Shown piece by piece: positions 61,196 through 64,000 of a stretch of 64,000 nt of DNA. The DNA is from Eledone cirrhosa. Its lineage: Eukaryota. The stretch is taken from NCBI GenBank assembly GCA_964016885.1, contig OZ024758.1, positions 30,566,001-30,630,000 on the forward strand. The letters run 5' to 3'. Made by a program: the position numbers and the translations under genes. The notes beneath the pieces were generated by a model. The model was not told where the DNA came from. It worked only from the letters and a program-made list of their open reading frames with translations, and did no database searches. Each line of letters opens with the position of its first letter. The first letter of the stretch is position 1.

Positions 61196-61914
61196 AAATT
61201 GTTGGCCTTGTGTCTCAGTAAAAAACCATTATTTTCCTAGTTAGAAGCAACTACGTTATTGGATAAGTTGAAAAACAGGTAAACATCAGTCAAATAGCAG
61301 CCAAATCCCCCTCAAATCAATTGTCTTCAAAATAGAAAGCGCACATTTGAAAATATAGTTCTTGATACGTTGTCTGAATATGAAAAAACAAGATTGTCAT
61401 GACTGGATTGTCATTGGTCATGTGCCTGTCTATTCTACCTTGCCTCATCTGAAGTGGAGTGGTGCTGAAAAAAGAATATGGATGACATTAACAAATATTC
61501 TTCAGTTTCTAGTATAGGCCGTCTAGAAGACTGTATCACGACTATCACATCTACAGTCATTAAACAACAGTCTTGTTTAGTATTTTCTTCAAGGAGTTTT
61601 ATGTAGATAGGCATCGTGTTGAATTATAATATGTACAGCTGTATAGAAACTCTTTCAACATTTAATGTACTTTAGTGGATTGCTTGTGATTTAGGCTTGA
61701 ATTGATTCAACACGAAATGCCATTTGAAACTTCAAAAGAATTTCCCTCATTCTACTTTGTAAATTAATGCCCCAAGAACCTGAAAACATATTACTTCCCC
61801 TATTCAGAATTTCATTGGAAAGTTCTATTTTCCTGTTTCTATGTCTCTCACTATTTTTCTTATTTCACTTTCTCTCTATTTTTCTCTTTTACATTAAATT
61901 ACGCGCGCGCGCGT

Positions 61915-62015
61915 CTATACACATGCATATATATATAAGTGTATATATATATATACACTTATATATATGTATACACTTATATATATATATATATACACAT
62001 ATATATATATATACA

Positions 62016-62071
<56 letters not shown>

Positions 62072-62083
62072 TATATATATGCA

Positions 62084-62127
<44 letters not shown>

Positions 62128-62159
62128 TATATATATACACATATATATATATATACACT

Positions 62160-62191
<32 letters not shown>

Positions 62192-62293
62192 TATATATAT
62201 ACACTTATATATATATATATACACTTATATATATATATATACACTTATATATATATATATACACTTATATATATATATATATATATATATACA

Positions 62294-62328
<35 letters not shown>

Positions 62329-62987
62329 TTATATATATATATATATATATATACACTTATATATATATATACACTTATATATATATATAAATTTGTAAAT
62401 ATATATATATATTTACAAATTTATATATACATATATATATATATATACACTTATATATATATATAAATTTGTAAATATATATATATATTTACAAATTTAT
62501 ATATACATATATATATATATATACATTTATATATATATATAAATTTGTAAATATATATATATATTTACAAATTTATATATACATATATATATATATATAC
62601 ACTTATATATATATATAAATTTGTAAATATATATATATATTTACAAATTTATATATACATATATATATATATATACACTTATATATATATATAAATTTGT
62701 AAATATATATATATATTTACAAATTTATATATACATATATATATATATATACACTTATATATATATATAAATTTGTAAATATATATATATATTTACAAAT
62801 TTATATATACATATATATATATACATACACTTATATATATATATAAATTTGTAAATATATATATATATAGATGTATATATATATATATACACTTATATAT
62901 ATATATAAATTTGTAAATATATATATATATTTAAAATATATATTTATATATATATATATTTACAAATTTATATATACATATATATAT

Positions 62988-63060
<73 letters not shown>

Positions 63061-63080
63061 TACATATATATATATATATA
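61915..63080. repeat. (TA)n/TACAC array containing a 76-bp higher-order repeat (62389-62870)
   Basis: AAATTTGTAAAT recurs at 62389, 62465, 62541, 62617, 62693, 62769, 62845. Confidence 0.93.
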
Positions 63081-63540
63081 ATCTGTGTGTGTGCCCGGTG
63101 TTGATGTGCACACATGTGTGTATCAAGATGTGTAGTACTTGTCAGAGTGTTTGTTTCTTTCTAAGTTTCTTTCTATTTTATATTTCTATATTATCTTGCA
63201 TAACATGTAGGAAGGAATTTACGTCCTATCGCCCCTTTAACATGTTCACTTCCCCGAAGGAATCAAACGGAAATTGAACACGATCTGACGTGGATTGAGT
63301 TGATTTAAGTATTTGTCAACAACTGTCTAATTGAAAAATAATATATCTCCATGCTAATGGTCCCGTAACACCTGATGAAGTCGCAGGGGCGTCGTAGTGA
63401 CACACGGGGTTTCTTGGGTGCTTTTTAAATCTGGCGGACTCCATCCCTCTCCAGGTCTGAATACAGCAGATTTCTTCCAGAGAAGGACAGAAAGTGGGAG
63501 AGAAGAAGTGAGAAAGAGATATAAGCGAGGAAGAATTGTC

Positions 63541-63692
63541 CCCAGTACTACATAGATACTTGTTTTATAGACCACGAAAGGATGAAAAGCAAAGTTGACC
63601 TCAGCGGGATTTGATATCTCAGAGCAGAGAGCCGTAACGAACACTGCAATGCATTCTATCCGACGTTCTAACGACTCTGCCAATTTGCCACC
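63541..63692 (-). mobile_element. Diverged tRNA-derived SINE
   Basis: GAAAGGATGAAAAGCAAAGTTGACCTCAGCGGGATTTGA..CTAACGACTCTGCCA is the reverse complement of the SINE head/body. Confidence 0.8.
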
Positions 63693-63761
63693 GTTATATA
63701 TGTAAACATAATTTCCCCATTTTAAAGAGGACATCGCTTATATAATTTACTTTGAAATAAT

Positions 63762-63939
63762 TGTTTCTACTTTTGGCACAAGGCCAGCAATTATCAGTGT
63801 ATTACTGGTACTTTATTTTATCGCCCCCTTAAGGATTAAAGGCAAAGTTAACCTCGGCGGGATTTGAACTCAGAATGGCAAGGGCCGTAACTCTATGCGT
63901 CAAAGCATGGCGTCCGATCCTCTACCGATACTGCCAATC
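63762..63939 (-). mobile_element. Full-length tRNA-derived SINE with target-site duplication
   Basis: TTGAAATAAT at 63752-63761 and 63940-63949; reverse complement of 54867-55047. Confidence 0.9.
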
Positions 63940-64000
63940 TTGAAATAATGATTGTTAACTTAGGCTCATGGTCAGCAAAAGTTTTGGACAGGAGCAATGT

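Noticed and set aside
63365-63420. CTGATGA followed by a GTCGC/GTGAC stem
   Set aside because: No GAAA after stem II and no convincing stem III

Overview
Eukaryotic, repeat-saturated DNA with no recognisable host gene. The SINE family and microsatellite style suggest an octopod cephalopod, which is an inference. Roughly a third of the window is kilobase-scale imperfect (TA)n/(TATG)n arrays, and these produce nearly all the long 'YIYI' ORFs, which are artefacts. Nested in the arrays are: four near-identical copies of one CR1-group LINE plus one copy of a second family; an intact Naiad-type Penelope-like element (PLE; RT + GIY-YIG) with direct and inverted pseudo-LTRs and three miniature derivatives; a truncated second Naiad family; R4/Dong-type RLE fragments in (CATA)n; RTE relics and a bipartite RTE-derived non-autonomous element; tRNA-derived SINEs; and a hAT-like MITE carrying a 41-bp minisatellite. 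There is one 200-N gap. The main hidden signal is RNA-level. Reading by eye gives about 14 hammerhead ribozyme (HHR) motifs from about 7 sequence families. They include a 484/496-bp non-coding tandem repeat with one minimal HHR plus an octamer motif per unit (retrozyme / satellite-2-like), a PLE HHR with a U3-A8 core swap, and a fold-back carrying an HHR on each strand. All folds were paired manually and none was computed or assayed.
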